A DNA stretch of 64,000 nucleotides from contig CP136572.1 in NCBI GenBank assembly GCA_035193785.1, positions 3,572,578 through 3,636,577 of the forward strand. The letters run 5' to 3'. The translations under genes were made by a program, and so were the position numbers. Within the stretch, counting starts at the first letter, position 1. Each line of letters starts with the position of its first letter. The stretch comes from Planktothrix sp. GU0601_MAG3 (GTDB lineage Bacteria > Cyanobacteriota > Cyanobacteriia > Cyanobacteriales > Microcoleaceae). The notes beneath the pieces were generated by a model. It worked only from the letters and a program-made list of their open reading frames with translations, made no database searches and had not been told where the DNA came from. Shown in pieces: positions 58,609 to 64,000 of this stretch.

Positions 58609-59304
58609 ATGTCCTTAACACCTGCTCTGGATTCGTCTAATTCCGTTACTGCTACGACGGGAATAATGGATAAAACTCGCCTCCTTCTGACCTTATGGGC
58701 GATGAGTGGGACGGATGGAGAAGTCAAAAAAAGTGAATTGACCAGTAAAGTTAAGCAAAAACGCAATAACAAAAAAATTGGCGTTGCCCAAACGGTTTAT
58801 GAAGAATTAAAAGCGATGGAAGCAATTAAGATTTATAAGCAAAATCAAACCCCCATGGTATCGATCACGGATACGGGAAAACGAATGTTAATTGATGCTT
58901 TAAGCAGTCCAGATTTTGCCTTTGATACCACGGTGATCGCCTCTCGGTTAGCTAATGGATTAGTGGGTTTAATTAGAGAATTAAATTATGGGGGAACCCT
59001 CGCCCCGTCGGTTAAACAAGTGACTATTGCTTCTTATCAAGAGTTTAAAGCGATCGCCCTTCAAGTATACGATCAATTAAATAAGGATTATAACTTCGAT
59101 AATTTAGTCCCGATTTATCGCATTCGTAGGACTATCGGTGCTCAAGTTACTCGTTCACAGTTCAGTGAATGGATGTTAGAAATGCAAGCTAATGATATTT
59201 TTCAATTGATGGAAGGTAGCGTAGAAGATAGCGCACCAGACAAAATTGAAGATTCCATCACAACAGAACTAGGTCGATTACGCTGTTATGCCAAACAGTT
59301 ATAA
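58609..59304 (+). CDS. hypothetical protein with two predicted winged-helix domains
   Basis: N-terminal ELT..VYEEL..AIKI..VSITDTGK and C-terminal LVPIYRIRR...SQFSEWMLEMQ patterns. Confidence 0.65.
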   Translation: MSLTPALDSSNSVTATTGIMDKTRLLLTLWAMSGTDGEVKKSELTSKVKQKRNNKKIGVAQTVYEELKAMEAIKIYKQNQTPMVSITDTGKRMLIDALSSPDFAFDTTVIASRLANGLVGLIRELNYGGTLAPSVKQVTIASYQEFKAIALQVYDQLNKDYNFDNLVPIYRIRRTIGAQVTRSQFSEWMLEMQANDIFQLMEGSVEDSAPDKIEDSITTELGRLRCYAKQL

Positions 59305-59349
59305 AACTTCTCATTTGTTCATTGTTCACTGATTCTTTTTGATTAAATT

Positions 59350-61243
59350 ATGACTGCTTCTGAGTTTAGTAATATTGACGATCTGATTCAGCAACATAAC
59401 CCTTTTGCTGGACATACAGTGGTGAGAAATTCTCAAGTTTGGAATAAAAGTTTACCCGATGCCCCCTCGATTAATGCCCATGTTTCTGATACGGTTTTTG
59501 AGGCTATTAGTAAAATAAATCAAAACTCTATGCAAACTGTAGGGATTACAGTTGTTGGTGAACGAGGATTAGGAAAAACTCAAGTTATTAGCCGCATTCG
59601 TCATCAGTTTAAACACACCGATCAAGTTTTGTTTATTTATATAGGTGAATATGGAGAAAAACTCTCTAAAATCAAAAGCAAATTTCTGGAAACCCTAACT
59701 TCCAGTTTAAGAGCTTATGGTCAAGATCAAGGAATCATGCAATGGCAAGAAATAGCAGCCCATTTAATTAATGAAGCTAAAGAATGGAAACTATACCTCA
59801 GAACAATATATTCAAAAATTTCCTGGGTGGCTAAATCGATATTCCACTAGGATTTTAGATCATTTAACAGATTTGGTTTTTCCACAAAAAAATCAAATTA
59901 TTGAAAATCCCTATATAGTCAGAGCTATTTTATGGACACTTTCTAGTCCCCACGCCATGTATGCAACTTATTGGTTATCGGGAATGGAGTTAGCAGAAAG
60001 ACAAGCTCAAGATATGGGATTACCCAACTTCAAAACGGGAGAAAAAGAAGCAGAATCTTTCAAAACGACTTGTCAAATTCTCAACTTGGTAAGCCAATAT
60101 AAAATTCCGGTTATCTGTTTTGATGAACTTGATGCACCTTATATTGATGAGTTAAGTGGCTATAGTTTGGCTCAAATTATTGGTAGTTTTACCAAAGATT
60201 TATTCAATAATATTAAACAGGGTTTGCTAATTATGGCAATGTATGAGCAAACTTTGTCTCGTCAGATTAAAGTTTTACCTGAAGCTTATGCGATTGTAGA
60301 TCGAATTGCTAATTATCCCATTCCTGGGCAACCAATTTCCCTAAAATACCTTAATTCTGATGATGTTGTTGCTTTGGTTTATCAATGGTTAAAAGAATTT
60401 TATACAGAACATCAAGTGGTTCCGCCTTTTCCTCTTTATCCATTCAAGGAAGATGATCTGAGAAAACTGGGAAATGAAAAACCCAGCACAAGAGAAGTTT
60501 TAAATTGGTGTACTGCTAATTGGAAAGTCCCAAATACTGGTACTCCTGGTACTGGAAATCCGCCACCAGAAAAAGATTTAGTTAAATCCGCTTTTGAAAC
60601 CGAAATTATTGAAGTTGAACAGAAAATTACCGACCTTTTAGAAGACAGTGATAAACTGGCTGAAACCCTTGCTTTTAGCTTTGAACGTATCATCGGACAA
60701 ACAATTGAAAATGTCAAAGTTGAAAGTATTCAAAGATTCCAACAGAGAAACTGTTATCTGCATTTCAAAATCAATGGAATAGAAAACGGTCAACCTGTTA
60801 AAATCGGATTAGCTGTGATTCAGCAATCAGGAGGAAATGCTGTTCAAGCTATTCTTAGACAACTTGTAAATTATCAAAAATTTGATTTAACGCGAGGTTG
60901 TTTAGTTCGCTCTAAAAAAATTAGTCCTACTGCCAGATTAGCACACAAATATCTCAACGAACTTCAAAACGAAAAAGGAGGGGAATGGGTTCGCTTACCC
61001 GATGGAGATATTAAACATTTATTAGCCATATATGCAGTTTACAAAAATCAAGAAAGTTATGGGGTAAAATCAGAACAAATTTTTGATTTTATAGAAAAAT
61101 CAGAATTAGTGATCGCAAATCCCCTCATTTCTGAAATTCTCAGTGACCCTTCCGGTCAAGCACCCGATGGTTTAATTGATGAAGATATTTCTATTATTAT
61201 GCCTCAAGTTACCTCTAGTTTAGATAGTGACTTAATCCTATAA
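59350..61243 (+). CDS. P-loop (AAA-like) ATPase with an extended C-terminal domain (frameshift near 59790)
   Basis: Walker A GERGLGKT, Walker B VICFDELD, YPF..STREVL helical lid. Confidence 0.75.
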
Positions 61244-61257
61244 ATTATTTGATTCAA

Positions 61258-62692
61258 ATGACTACAATTACAACAGCTTTCTGTTTACCCGCGCCTGATA
61301 TTGAAGCCTTGAACCAAGGTCGAAATATCTTGGTAATGCCTCGAATATTTATGAACCCAGAGCGATTTTTTGCCCTGTATCCAACGGATATAGAATTTAA
61401 TTCCTTACCCTTAGAACAATATTATCGTCCGGGTTTTGTTCCAATTGCTAAACAGAGTATTGCCGAACTTAATCAGGATAAAATTAAAATCAAAGTTTGG
61501 GCTAAATGTGAACTTTGCCAAACCCTAAATGAACCCGAAAATTTTGCAGAATTATCAAAATTAACGGTTTGGACAGAAGCAGCATTACACAAAAACCTAG
61601 AACAACGAGGTCATATTTTTCTCGCATATTTTCGCGTTTATCGACTTTCCCAACCCATAGAAATTGATCCGGTTGCTAATAGTCGGTTTATTTGCCTTCC
61701 CCATCCCATAACCGTTGATGAAAGTCAGGCAATTTTAGATGATAATAACTTTGAAAGACAATATCGAAAAATTCTCAATCGTCAACCGCCTGAACATCCT
61801 GAATTAGAGGAATTAGAAAATGCGATCGCCCCATTAATCCTAACACATCCTGATGCAAAATTCCTAAAAGATAGAATTCAAACCTTTTTAGGTTGGCAAC
61901 CTGCAAAACCTCCTCAAATTCCAGAAAACTCAAACTGGATTTATACTATTAATGAATTAGGGACAACAGCCGAAGGGGGAAAATATGAAAAAGGTACAGC
62001 CTTTGAAAAAATTGTTCATCAAAGTTTAAACTTTTTAGGATTTGAACTTGATCAAAATGCTAAAGGTGGCGCCGGGGGAATGGATTTATATTGTACAAAA
62101 CCCTATCCAATGGTCGGAGAATGTAAAGCCGGACAAAGTATTCCCGCAGGCGCAACACAAGAATTAATTAGACTTGGAGGAAACCCATCTTGGTCAACAA
62201 GTATTTAATCAAGCGGTTAAATTAATTATTGGCCCTGGTAAACCCACACCACAAGTTCAGAAATCCGCTCAAGAATTTAAAATTAGTATTATTAATTCCA
62301 TGACATTAGAAAAACTGGTTAAACTCCAAGCTCAATATCCCGGTTCCGTGAATTTATTTGAACTCAAAGACTATTTACAACCCGGACAAATGGATGATAA
62401 AATAGATGAATATATCGAAATTGTAATTAATCGTTTAAAATTGCGATCGCAGATTATTAAAGCAATTAAAGAGTTAAACAATCACAACAGTTCAAGATTA
62501 AACTTACCTACTCAAAATTGTTCCGTAGTAGAAGTTAGAGTTCAACATAACGCTAAATATGAGCCTAAGCTCAATGATAATACTGTGCGAGATTTACTGA
62601 TTGAACTATCCTCACCCCTAACAGGATATCTAGGACGCACCCAGGATGATCAATTTTACTTTCTAAGAGAACTCATCATACACCAAAGCTAA
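61258..62692 (+). CDS. DUF1802-like domain fused to an Mrr-like PD-(D/E)xK nuclease (frameshift near 62182)
   Basis: IEALNQGRNIL, FALYPT, LTVWT, YFRVYRL (DUF1802-like); FEKIVHQSLNFLGF..GGMDL..GECKAG (nuclease). Confidence 0.7.
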
Positions 62693-62779
62693 AATTTTGA
62701 TTACAATTTGTTCAAGAGAAAACTCAGTTTTAATTAAGTAAAAGACTGGCCTGCTAGTCACCCATAGGAGCATTAATTG

Positions 62780-63839
62780 ATGTACAACACAAAAGCTTAT
62801 TCCGCAGCCAGTGCCACATCCCCCCTGGCTTCCAGCCAGATCGGGCGACGCAATCCAACCGAACACGACGTACAGATCGAGATCCTATTCTGCGGTATTT
62901 GCCACTCCGATGTCCATTCCGTGCGTGACGAGTGGAGCAACTTCATGCCCACGGTCTATCCAATTGTTCCCGGCCATGAGATTGTTGGCCGTGTCACCCA
63001 GGTTGGCTCGGCCGTTAGCAAGTACAAGCCCGGCGATCTCGCTGGTGTCGGCTGCTTAGTAGATTCCGACGGTACTTGTCCCCAGTGCCAAGCCAGTCTT
63101 GAGCAGTTCTGCCCCAACCAGACCCTCACCTTCAACTCCCCGGACAAGCACCTCGGAGGCGTTACCTATGGGGGCTACTCCGATAGTATTGTCGTCGATG
63201 AGCGCTTCGTTTCTGCGCGTTCCCGCCAACCTCGATCTCCCGGGCGTCGCACCCCTCCTATGCGCCGGGATCACAACCTACTCCCCCCTGCGCCACTGGG
63301 GTGTCACCCAGGGCAAAAAGGTGGGCATAGTCGGTCTGGGGGGACTCGGCCACATGGGTGTGAAGTTCGCCCGAGCCTTCGGAGCCCACGTCGTCGTCTT
63401 CACCACCTCACCGAATAAAAAAGAAGACGCCCTCCGCCTCGGTGCCCACGAAGTGGTCATATCCAGCAACGCCGAAGAAATGCAGCAACACGCTGGTAGC
63501 TTAGATTTCATCCTCGACACCGTATCCGCCGATCACGATATCAACGCCTATCTCAACCTACTCACCCGCGACGGCAATATCACCCTGGTGGGCGCACCCC
63601 CCAAGCCGTTCGATATCGCAGCATTCAGCCTGATCATGGGCCGTCGCAGTCTGTCCGGCTCTATGATCGGTGGCATCGCCCAAACCCAAGAGATGCTCGA
63701 CTTTTGCGGCCAGCACAACATCACCGCAGATGTCGAAGTTATCCCCATCCAGAAGGTTAACGAAGCCTACGAGCGACTACTCAAGTCCGATGTGAAGTAC
63801 CGCTTCTGTATTGATATGGCATCACTTAAATCTGAATAG
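62780..63839 (+). CDS. Zn-dependent NAD(P)-dependent alcohol dehydrogenase, CAD family (frameshift near 63211)
   Basis: [45 protein letters not shown]. Confidence 0.92.
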
Positions 63840-63866
63840 GGAATACTTCAACTGCGCTCAGTAACA

Positions 63867-64000
63867 GGGGAATGAGTAGAGACGTGCCATGGCGCGTCTC
63901 TGGATTTAGTAGAGACTTACTGTTGCCTGTTGCCTATTGCCTGTTGCCTGTTGCCTGTTGCCTGTTGCCTGTTGCCTGTTGCCTGTTCCCTAGTGCGTGG
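63867..64000. repeat. MITE-related cassette with a REP palindrome and (TGCCTGT)n heptamers
   Basis: GTAGAGACGTGCCATGGCGCGTCTCT hairpin, heptamer array, CCCTAGTGCGT end as at 47453. Confidence 0.8.

Overview
AT-rich chromosomal window from a cyanobacterium: frequent HIP1 GCGATCGC octamers, heptamer tandem repeats, hetR and a CAAD-containing ValRS point to a filamentous, probably Oscillatoriales/Planktothrix-like strain (inference). About 20 genes, including essential ones (gatA, valS, gpmI), are split by single-base indels, mostly at homopolymers. These look like sequencing or assembly errors, so I merged the split ORFs. Housekeeping content: argG 3' end, sodB, gatA, secG, gpmI, nanE, rimO-crhR, dtd, valS, cobB, apcG, hetR, tal and several signalling genes. 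Accessory content: two toxin-antitoxin pairs, an OLD-like ATPase/TOPRIM, a methyltransferase-nuclease fusion, a Type II-like R-M pair and two Uma2 genes. The most notable observations are (i) a three-gene wHTH / P-loop ATPase / DUF1802-nuclease operon that may be an undescribed defence system, (ii) a glycogen phosphorylase paralogue with a degenerate active site next to a CASTOR/POLLUX-like channel, (iii) an orphan 5S rRNA gene with its own consensus promoter and terminator, and (iv) nested MITE/REP/STRR repeat cassettes. No CRISPR array or tRNA was seen. Family assignments come from motif recognition, not database searches.
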